64,000 bases of DNA from Mobula hypostoma (taxonomy: Eukaryota). Below are positions 51,041-61,670 of the stretch, piece by piece. Location: contig NC_086097.1 of NCBI RefSeq assembly GCF_963921235.1, positions 89,902,001 to 89,966,000 of the forward strand, given 5' to 3'. The notes beneath the pieces were generated by a model. That model made no database searches, had not been told where the DNA came from, and was given only the letters and a program-made list of their open reading frames with translations. Position 1 is the stretch's first letter. Every line of letters begins with the position of its first letter. The position numbers were made by a program, and so were the translations under genes.

Positions 51041-52613
51041 CAATGTATATAAAAGGTATTCAGTTCCCTTGGAAGTTATCACGTTTTATTGTTTTACAAC
51101 ATTGAATCACAGTGGATTTAATTTGTTTTTTTTTGACACTGATCAACAGAAAAAGACTCTTTCGTGTAAAAGTGAAAACAGATCTCTGCAAAATGATCCA
51201 AATTAATTAAAAATATAAAACACAAAATAATTGATTGCATAAGTATTAACCCCCCACCTTTTAACATGACACACCAAATCATCACTGATACAGCCAAAAT
51301 TGTTTTTTTGAAGTCACACGATTATTTAAATAGAGATCTGTTTTTGGAGACCTGTGTGCAGTCAAGGTGGTTCAATTGATTGTAGTAAAAATACACCTGT
51401 ATCTGGAAGGTCCAACTGCTGGCGAGTCAGTATCCTGGCAGAACTACACCATGAAGACAAGACACTCCAAGTAACGCAGTGAAAAGGTTATTGAAAAGCA
51501 CATGTCAGGAGATGGATACAAGAAAAATACAAAATATCTCTTGGAGCACAGTTAAGTCAATCATCAAGAAATGGAAAGAATATGGCACAGCTGTAAATCT
51601 GCCTAGAGCAGGCCACCCTCAAAAACGGAGTGACCGTGCAAGAAGGAGACGAGTGAGGGAGGCCACCAAGAGACCTATAAGAACTCTGGAGGAGTTACAA
51701 GATTCAGTGACTGAGATGCTTCACTACTGTTGCCTGGTGCTACACCAGTCACAGCTTTATGGGAGAGTGGGAAGAAGAAAGCCATTGCTGAAAAAAAACT
51801 CAGTTGAAATCTTGGCCAGGGTTTGCCAGAAGTCATGTGGGAGACTCTGAAATCAGCTGGAAGAAGGTTCTGTGGTCTGATGAAACCAAAATTGAGCTTT
51901 TTGGCCATCAGACTAAATGCTGTGTTTGGAGTAAACCAAACACCGCACATCATCAAAAACACACCATCCCTACCGTGAAGCTTGGTGGTGGCTGCATCAC
52001 GCTGTGGGGATGCTTCACTGCAGCAGGCCCTGGAAGGTTTATGAAGGTAGAGGGTAAAATGAATGCAGCAAAATACAGGGAAATCCTGGAGGAAAACCCG
52101 ATTTAGTCTGCAAGAGAACTGCGACTTGGGAGAAGATTTGTTTTCCAGCAAGACAATGCTCCCGAGCATAAAGCCAAATCTACACAGGAATAGCTTAAAA
52201 ACAACAAAGCTAATGTCCTGAAGTGGCCCAGTCACAGTCTAGACCTCAATCCAATTGAGAATTTGTGGCTGGACTTGTAAAAAGGGCTGTTCACTCATGA
52301 TCCCCATATAATCTGACAGAGTTTCAGCAGTTTTGTAAAGAAGAATGGGGAAAAATTGCAGTGCCCAGATGTCAAAGCTGGTAGAGACATATCCACACAG
52401 ACTCAAGGCTGTAATTGCTGCCAAAGATGCATCATCATTGTTATAAATTTAGACCAATTTGTAGAAAGTTGCTTTCACTTTGACATGAAAGGGTCTTTTC
52501 TGTTGATTAGTGTCAAAAAAAGCCAAATTAAATCCACTGTGATTCAATGTTGTAAAACTATAAAACATGAAAACTTCCGGGGGGGTGGTGGTGAATACTT
52601 TTTATGGGCACTG
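51041..52613 (+). mobile_element. Near full-length Tc1-family DD34E transposon with inactivated transposase
   Basis: TA-flanked with long TIRs. ATG at 51451; WKKVLWSDETKIELFG; FQQDN followed by 34 residues to the E of DLNPIE. Several stops and frameshifts. Confidence 0.92.
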
Positions 52614-54025
52614 TATTTCTAGATAGCTTATCACTTATTTCTTTTTAAGTAAAATAAAAGCTTCTACCTTCTTCACCAGGTGGGGGCTGAACTGAAATAT
52701 CCCTGGAAATAAACTAACCATGCCTGCTGAACTCTAATGACAAGCTCTTAATGAAATTAAAGACACAGAAACAAACAGGCCTGGGGAGACCACCCAAACG
52801 GTCAATTGAATTATCTCACATCTTCTTCTCAACCAGTCCCTGATCCCTTGCTTGACACGATCCATCCTAGTCAGTCTTAAGTGATCCATCTGGCTCTGTC
52901 TATTTACCATGCTGGGAAAGAAAGCTGAGTTTAGATAGTCACAAGACCTAAGTCATTAAACAACAAATGCTGGAAATGAAAATGATGATGATGCACTCTT
53001 CTGAAGGCTTAACTAACTGCCCCACCCCTTGTCCTTTGTTTTCCATCTCTTACCCTTCCCATTTCATGCACACTTGTAAAGGGAGAAAAACACTACACTT
53101 GGGTGAATCCCTGCTAACCCTCTGTCTCAGAGGCTGACGTCAAAACATAATCCAAGAGGCTGAACCCTCACAGGCAGTCAGATGCAGAAGTATCTGTTCG
53201 GGCTCTGAAAACCCGTGCCAACCAACTGAGGCACAGGTTTTCAGAACCCAAACAGCTGCACCATCTGGGCCTGACTCCCTGTGAGGGCTCACCCTCTAGA
53301 GGTATGTTTTGAAGTGTTCACCGACATCTTCAATCCCTCACTGCTGTAGTCGGAGGTTTCCACCTGCTTCAAAAAGGGCATTAATCATCCCAGTGCCCAA
53401 AAAGAGCAGGGTGAGCTGCCTCAATGACTTTTGCCAAGTTGCTCTCACATCAACTGTGATTAAGTACTTTGCGAGGTTGGTCATGCCCAGAATCAACTCC
53501 TCCCTAAGCAGAGAACTGGACCTGCTGTAATTTGCCTATCACCACAATATGTCTAAAGAGGATACAATCCCACTGCTCTACTCGGCCTTGGACTACTTGG
53601 ATATCACGCTGCTGTGCATCGATTACACTTCAGTGTTCAATACCATCATATCCTCAAAGCTAATCAACAAGCTTCAAAATCTGGGCCTCTGTACCTCCAT
53701 TTGCAACTGGATCCTTGCTTTCATCATCAGAAGACCAGTTAGTGCAGACTGGAAATAACATCTCCTCCTCGCTGACAATCAACACCATCGCACCTCTATA
53801 GGATGTGTGCTTTTCCCACTGCTCTGCTCTCTCTTTATCCATGACTGTGTGGCTAGGCACAGCTCAAACATCATCTATAAATTTGCCAATAACACAACTG
53901 TTGTTGGCAGAATCTCAAATGATGACATGGAGGCATACAGGAGTGCGATAGATCATCTGGTTGAGTGAGGTCGCAACAGCCACTTTGCACTCAAAGTCAG
54001 GGAAACCAAGGAATTGATTGTAGAC

Positions 54026-54748
54026 AACAGGAATTCTGCAGATGCTGGAAATTCAAGCAACATACATCAAAGTTGCTGGTGAACGCAGCAGGCCAAGCAG
54101 CATCTGTAGGAAGAGGCGCAGTCGACGTTTCAGGCCGAGACCCTTCATCAGGACTAACTGAAGGAAGAGTGAGTAAGGGATTTGAAAGCTGGAGGGGGAG
54201 GGGGGGATGCAAAATGATAGGAGAAGACAGGAGGGGGAGGGATAGAGCCGAGAGCTGGACAGGTGATAGGCAAAAGGGGATACGAGAGGATCATGGGACA
54301 GGAGGTCCGGGAAGAAAGACAAGGAGGGGGGGTGACCCAGAGGATGGGCAAGAGGTATATTCAGAGGGACAGAGGGAGAAAAAGGAGAGTGAGAGAAAGA
54401 ATGTGTGCATAAAAATGAGTAACAGATGGGGTACGAGGGAGAGGTGGGGCCTTAGCGGAAGTTAGAGAAGTCAATGTTCATGCCATCAGGTTGGAGGCCA
54501 CCCAGACGGAATATAAGGTGTTGTTCCTCCAACCTGAGTGTGGCCTCATCTTTACAGTAGAGGAGGCTGTGGATAGACATGTCAGAATGGGAATGGGATG
54601 TGGAATTAAAATGTGTGGCCACTGGGAGATCCTGCTTTCTCTGGCGGACAGAGCGTAGATGTTCAGCAAAGCGGTCTCCCAGTCTGCGTCGGGTCTCACC
54701 AATATATAAAAGGCCACATCGGGAGCACCGGACGCAGTATATCACCCC
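54026..54748 (-). mobile_element. Young Penelope 3' fragment (open GIY-YIG domain and terminal repeat)
   Basis: GVIYCVRCSRCGLLYIGETRRRLGDRFAEH...IDFSNFR*. Exact 9-bp TSD ATTGTAGAC (54017-54025, 54749-54757). Confidence 0.9.
54119..54160 (-). ncRNA. Minimal hammerhead ribozyme motif in Penelope terminal repeat (best-preserved copy)
   Basis: Minus strand reads AGTC-CTGATGA-agggtctcggcct-GAAAC-GTC-GACT. Stem I is AGTC/GACT and a palindromic ACGT replaces stem III. Confidence 0.65.
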
Positions 54749-56337
54749 ATTGTAGACTTCAGTCGAGGGGACACACACACAAGTCCTCATCGAGGGATCA
54801 GCAGAGGAAAGGGTGAGCAGTTTCAATTTCCTGGGGGTCAACATCCCTGAAGATCAATCCTGGGCACAACATACTGATGCAATCACAAAGGAGGGACTAA
54901 AGCAGCTATGTTTCATTAGGAGTTTGAAGAAATTCGGTATGACACCAAAGTTATCTGATTCTACAGATACACCGTGGAGAGCATTCGCACTGGCTGTATC
55001 ACCACCTGGTATGGAGGGGCCACTGTAGAGGATCGGTGAAACCTGCAGAAGGTTGCATACTCAGCCAGCTCTATCACAGACAATAGCCTCCCCAGCATTG
55101 AGGACATCTTCAAAAGGCAGTGCCTCAAAATGTGGCATTTATCATTTAGTACCTTCATCACCCAGGACATGCCCTCTTCTCATTGCTACCATCAGGGAGG
55201 AGGTACAGGAGCCTGAAGATACACACTTGTCTTCAATATTGTTGTAAAACAATAAAACATGAAAACTTCCGAAAGGGGTCGAATACTTTTTATAGGCACT
55301 GTGTTTACTGAGATACCTTATGGTGAATGACTCACCTGCTGATATCCTGAAGCCTTTTCACCATCCATGAGGCACGATTCAGGAGCATGATGGAGCACCC
55401 TCCACTTGCCTCGATAAGTGTAGCTCCAACAACACTTAAAAAGCTTGAAGAGAAATCAGGGGAAGACGAAAAAAGGAACAGCAGAGAGAAGGAAATAAAG
55501 TTAGGAGAGAAGTAAGTGTGAGGCATGAAGGAAAGGTAGGGAGAAATGGAAAGGGAAGGCTGAGAACAGAGAAGGGGGGAATGAGACATGGAGGCTGTAG
55601 AAACCAAGTATCTGTCTATTGCCTGTCTGTATTGTACCTGTGTTGCACGTCCTCACTCTGGATTAAGGTCATCTGTCACATGGCTTTATTAGAAATGAGT
55701 GCATACAGTCACCTGTTCACCGCCTTGGAGTCATACAAAGGGGTGGGAGTAGGGAGTGAATATTTTCTGTTGGCCGCTCATCTTTGTTTGAATTTGATCC
55801 AATTACATTCGTCTCGCTCGTCTTTGTTTTACGTGAATAACCGAAGAGTCGGATGATTTTACAGGTGGTTTCTAGTAAAAGGTTAAATGTACTTTTCTGA
55901 GTTGGAACTCAGTTAGTTGGAAGAGTGTCATACTCCCTTCACTGAGCCCCTCGGTGACCTGGAGTTCATTTTCAGGTAGTCGCTACACAGGCAATTAAAG
56001 AGAAACGAGAGGCTGAGCGAAGGGTGCAGAGATGGGGAGGGAGATTTGGAAAAGAAAGCCAAGGGGAGAAGAAAGTGGTTGAATAGAGAGACGAGATGAG
56101 CAGAGAAGGAGCAAGCCAGTTAGCACAAACAAGAGAGAAAAACAGATCACTTGAATGCCTTCCTTGCATTTGATTTAAATACAAGTCCTGAATGAGAAAA
56201 GGCTGCTTGACAGGGCTGCTCAGTGCAGAGATAATAATCTTGAAGCAAAAGTACGCGAACGCACTATTAAAAAATAGAACATTGTGTGTCCAAGTAACAA
56301 GTGAAATTATCAATGGAAAGCAAAAAAAAAAGATTAC

Positions 56338-56632
56338 CATAGAACAGTCTCTGTGGCTCACTTCCAACTCCACTGGGTAACATGGGATTGGGTAACTCCG
56401 GGTGCAGGGCTGAAGGAGTTGAACTGGATGTTTGGGTGCCCCTGTCACACTGTTCCCTGTGGCTATATGGCGATCCGTAGGATTGTGCCTGTGAAAACAG
56501 CCGGGGGCGGGCTGGATTCCAGCTGGGCGGACAGTTCCCTCTGGCCTCGCTGTACCCGCTGTCGGGAGCCATCAGGTCATGGTCGAACACCTCATCGTCG
56601 GTGTCAAGGTCCTCCGCCTCGCACAGATCCAT
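56338..56632 (-). CDS. BMF: BMF-like (Bcl-2-modifying factor) first coding exon
   Basis: Translates MDLCEAEDLDTDDEVFD...CDRGTQTSSSTP...MLPSGVGSEPQRLFY-G. This matches the BMF acidic N-terminus, the (K/R)xTQT dynein light chain motif and MLPCGVxEEPQRLFYG. ATG at 56632 has a strong context (gacATGG). Acceptor tcttttcgttctgatcttAG puts the exon start at 56704. Donor G|GTAATC is phase 1. Confidence 0.93.
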
Positions 56633-59414
56633 GTCATTCAACCCTAGCCTTACAGTTTACCCTCTGGGAGAAGCTCTCTCGGAAGTGGAAGCAGAGAATG
56701 GTACCTAAGATCAGAACGAAAAGACTGGTTAAAGCAACAGGGTAAAAGCATCCCGTCCGAGCCCGCATTTTGCTGACTTGGGGTTTCCCATTGCGGAAGG
56801 TCTGCTGAGTGAGTTGCCAAGGTTAGTCAGTCCTTACGCAAAGTGCTTGAGGAAGGCAGCACATCCAGCAACATCAGGCAGCTGATTAAGGACTGAAGTC
56901 AGCAGAATGCAGAGCTCCTCCAGCGTTTTGTGTGTGCTGCCCACGATTTCCAGCATCTGTAGAATATCATGTGTTTAGACAGACCTCTTGTACCTTTGGC
57001 TGCTTCACTGAGAATTAATGAGATCACAACCCATTCTTTTATTCCTCACCTTAAATCTCTGGTCTTCTGCTCTGGGGAAAAAAAAAGTTTATCACTATCT
57101 ACCCTATCAGTGCCTCACACTTATTTCCATTTGCACAAAACTTAAAACTTCCTGACATAAACTAGGAACTGTGGCGGTCAATTTGTGCACAGTTCCCACA
57201 AAACAGAAATTAGATCATCTGCTTGAGTGTTGCTGCAGAGAAACGATTACCACTCAGGATGCAAGGTAGAAACGCTGCGTTTTCCTTCCAGCAGAACAGT
57301 GTGATCTTTTACAGATACTGGGGAGGGCAAAGAGGTTCTCCGCTTAACAAAGTGATGGTACTGCAATATGCAGCAGTCCCGCAGTTCTACATAAGAAAAT
57401 GCCATCTTAGATAACGACATCCACACCGAATGCACGGCCACCAACAATTTGCAGAGCAGACATCAAAAGTGCCTTCATCTTGCTCCAGATCAGCAGTGTA
57501 CTAAAAACATAACCTAAAAACAACCACGGAAGAGGCAAGACTTCAGTGAGATACTGACAGTCTACTGTAAATGACGTCAGGCAATTTACAAAAACATCCT
57601 TGTGTTTTATTGAGAAAATGTCGTTCTGTTTACAGAACCACAGGTGGTACAGATGGAGACAGAGTTGGAAGGACAGGCAAACATAAAGTGCCATGCAAAT
57701 CACCAGCACAGAGGTAGACCCACTCTGAAAAAAAACAAATTCCAGGGAAGAGACAATAAAATGCAAACAGCTAAAATGGACTTAAAACAGACACAACTCC
57801 AATCTACACAGTTAACTTTCAGCTGGAAAAATATACTCAAAAAGCTTTATACAAACCAAAGCAGAGGATGTTGGAAATACTCAACAGGTCAGGCAGCGTC
57901 TGTGGAGTTAACTACAGTTTGGTGACATTTCATCAGTTTGGAAGGGGTTGAAACAAAAGAAGTTTACTGAAGTAGAGAAAGCTGGAAATGTGAAGTTCTC
58001 TCCACCAGCCTTGCTTATCTTATTTGCACAGTTCCGATGAAAGACCATTGACCTATAAAATTAACTCAGTTTCTTTCTCAACCGATGTGACTTGATCAGC
58101 TGAGTATTTCCAGAATTCTCTTTTATTTCACGTTACCAGTAAATGCAATATTCTACTTCACACCATTCTAGCATTTCTTTTCTCTCTCTCTCTCTGAACT
58201 GAATTCATTCATCTCATTCTGCTCACTCCTCCAGACAGATCGGCTGAAATTACCACGCTCTCAATACCGTCTGCCAGCTCTTGCATTGTTCCATCACCTT
58301 AGGTCTCCAGTTTAGCAGAGACAGCCATTTGCTTTTCTCCACTCTTTCCCTCTGCCATGCAATATAAGATGTAGCTGAATTTAACATTTCCTAGGCCTGA
58401 TGAAAGGTCACCAGCCAGAAATTTTAACTCTGCCTGTCCCCACAGATGCCGCCTGACTTGCAGAGTATTATCTCAGAACAAAGTTGCTAGGAGCTTCTAC
58501 AGTTTTATTGCTTACATAATAATGCAGTAAAAAGGAACAGGGAACATGCCACCCAGACTCCCCTCCCCCCACCAAGCTCACTCCATCAATTAACAAGAGC
58601 ACGGCTGATCTCTTACCTCAAATCCATTTTACTTCACCTCCGATGACCCTCCTGTCCAGAAATCAGCTTTGTTTTGAACATAAGCCAAGACTAGGCATGC
58701 CAGAACTCCACCACCCTCTTGCCCTTCACTTTTAGGCCTAAATAGCCCACTCCTTAACTTGAAATCATTCCCTTTCATTCAAGACTCCTTAGCCAAAGAA
58801 TCCTTCACCCTGGATCTGCTCTGTCAGTCTGATAGTTTTATACATTTTTGGCTAGATCATCTTGCATTTTCTTTATCACCAGAGATCGGTTTATGCTCAT
58901 TTGACAAATCTACCACCATCAGGACCAGTCTAGTAAATCTTTGCTGCATTCCTTTTCTAGTAAGTAATCCTATTTTAGGTAAGAACAAAATCGAACACAG
59001 TACATAATAGTCCAGATGCAATACCATCACTCTCACTTGCTAAACATAACTGTAGCAAGGATATTAACTTTGTGCTCAAATCCTCTAACATACAGCTTCC
59101 CATGTAGTTGTCTTTCTAATTACCTGCTGTACCTATTTGTTAACTTCCAATGATTTCCATACAAGGACACCAATGTCCTATTGAACATCAGTATTTCCCA
59201 ATCTCACAAAACAATTTAGCATTTCTGTTTATTCTACCAAAGTGGATAGTCTCACAGTTTCCACATGGTTCTACATCTGCCATATTGTTGCTTGGTCACT
59301 CAGCCATTCCACATCATTTTTAAGTCTCATCACTCCTCATATTCTTAAATTCCGTGCTATAAGCAAACTTAAAAATATTACATTTGGTCCATTTAGCCAA
59401 AGCATTGATATACA

Positions 59415-59925
59415 CATTCAGTGGCCACTTCATTAGCTGCACATGCTCGTTAATGCAAGTATCTAATCAGGGACTCAATGCATAAAAGCATGCAGACATA
59501 GTCAAGAGGTTCAGTTGCTGTCCAAACCAAACATCAGAATGGGGAAGATATGTAATCTAAGTGACTGTGACCGTGAAATAATTGTTGGTCCCAAACAGGG
59601 TAGTTTGAGAACCTCAGAAACTACTGATCTCTTGTGACTTTCACGCACAACAGCCTCCACAATTTACAGAGAATGGTGCAACAAGCAAAAAAAAATGGTC
59701 AGAGAGCAGCAGTTCCATCTTGTTCATGAGAGAGGTCAGAGGAGAAAGAAGAAAGCTGACAGGAAGGTAACTATAAAAGTACACATTACAACAGAGATGT
59801 GCAGAAGAGTATTTCAGAACGCACAATGTATCGAAACGAAGTGGATAGGCTACAGCAGCAGCAGACCATGGCCATACACTCAGTGGCCATATTAACAAGG
59901 TATCTAATAAACTGGTTACTGAATG
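59415..59925 (+). mobile_element. Tc1-like non-autonomous element
   Basis: cattcagtggccacttcattag TIR and MGKICNLSD HTH remnant. Confidence 0.7.
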
Positions 59926-60356
59926 TAGATTATGAATAGTTGGAGTCTTTGTGCAGCTTTTCTTCTATCTCTTGATCGTACAGCTGACTTGAAATGAGAC
60001 CGGCTTACCACCTTTAATGCACAAGCATATTCTTCTTATATGAAGTTCTGCAGATATTGTTACAGCCTGTTGAAAACGATGCTTGGTATAGTTCAGGACG
60101 TGAATGAATTGAGTTTACACGTGTAGTTTATTTTATCTTGTAAAAATGTATATAATTCCTTCATATTAGTAGGGCTCACTCAAAGCCAAACTTACAGCAT
60201 CACCTCCCACACCTGGGAAGAGAAAACATGCTAAACGATTTCAGAGACACCATAATGGTGATCATTTAAGAAAAGAGAAACATCCCACAGAGGGAACCAC
60301 AAAGGAGTCTCCTGGTTCCTGCCACAGGGGATCATCACCAAGTTCCTCCTTCACTG

Positions 60357-60968
60357 GAATATGAAAGCAAGAGTGTAATGTTGAGACTTTTTAAAGCACT
60401 GGTGAGGCCTCACTTAGAGTATTGTGAATCGGTTTGGGCCCCTTATCTTAGAAAGGATGTGGTGAAGCTGGAGAAGGTTCAAAGGAGGCTTACAAAAATG
60501 ATTCCAGGATTAAACGGCTTGTTATATGAAATGTATTTGATGGCTTTGGGCCTGTTTTCACTAGAATTCAGAAGAATGAGGGGTGACCTAATTGAAACCT
60601 ATTGAATGGTAAAAGGCCTTGATAGAGTGGATGTGGAGAGGATGTTTCCTATGGTGAAAGTGTCTTAGACCAGAGGACACAACCTCAGAATAGAGGGCTG
60701 TTCTTTTAGAACAGAGATGAGGAGGAATTTGCTCAGCCAGAGAGTAGTAAATCCGTGGAATTTGTGGAGGCCAAGTCTTTATGTATATTTAAGGCAGAGG
60801 TTGATATTGTTTTGACTGGTCAAGGCATGAAAGGATCTGGGATGGGGTGGGGGGGAGGCAGGAGATGGGGTTGAGAGAAAAATGGATCGGCTGTGATGAA
60901 ATGGAGGAGCAGACTTGATGGGCCAAATAGCCTAATTCTGCTCCTGTATCTTACGGACTTTTGGTCTT
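60357..60968 (+). mobile_element. CR1 3' fragment
   Basis: LVRPHLEYC...RRMRGDLIETY and 3' tail. Confidence 0.85.
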
Positions 60969-61580
60969 AACTGTCTTCTCCCAGAGGCTGATGACACTCC
61001 TGTGATTCAAAAAACCGAAAGGCACTGTCTTTGAGGAAGACACAAGAAAGATTTGCACTGCATGTCTCTGAGTGGGCCCTGTTGATTATATCACCATCCC
61101 CAGATGAGGGAACTTGACATTAAGCAGAGATTCGTTCTTGTCTGCCCATCAGAAGACTTCAGCTGATGTCAAGATGAGATAGATCGGTTGCCTTTACTGA
61201 ACCAGAACACTTGTAATAAAATAAAGTTCCACAAGCTTTCTGATTTCCTAAAAAATCATGTTTCTTTCTATGGTGTGACTTGGGTTTAGGTCTGTAGGAT
61301 ATTTTGTCCTCAAAAATATATATAATTCATTTCACATCAATGGGGCCTCCTCAAAGCTAAGTTCCTTCTCGTTATGAAGCTTGGCAAATAATCAGAGGGT
61401 CCCCAAAATGTCTGGGTTCACATTGGCTGGCCTGCATCACCACCCCCTCCTCTTTCCAACCTCAAAATGAGGCTTAAATGTGAAGGTAAACATAACTTTA
61501 TTTCATAGATCTGAACAAAAACCACAAAGTGGCTGAACCCGGTGCTTGTTCACTAAATATATCAGCCAGTGGCGAAACAG

Positions 61581-61670
61581 CGGAAGTGAGACCTACTGCA
61601 TGGCGGCAGTGCTGTGAGTTTGGACTCAGATGACTAAGCAGTTTAGCTTTCATTTATTTGGCTGTAAACA
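61581..61670. promoter_or_regulatory. Candidate enhancer motif cluster upstream of the BMF coding exons
   Basis: ETS CGGAAGTG (61581), ARE/NF-E2-like ATGACTAAGCA (61630) and FOXO TGTAAACA (61663) within 90 bp of apparently unique sequence. Motif matches only. Confidence 0.3.

Larger units (their letters stand above)
53110..55225 (+). mobile_element. Degenerate Rex1/Babar-type LINE interrupted by Penelope
   Basis: IIPVPKK...CLNDF.QVALTS, ICNWILAF, and KELIVD split by the insertion. Confidence 0.8.

Noticed and set aside
56633..56704. N-terminal extension of BMF from a non-AUG start, as reported for mammalian Bmf
   Set aside because: An in-frame TAA lies nine codons upstream of the ATG, so only a trivial extension is possible.
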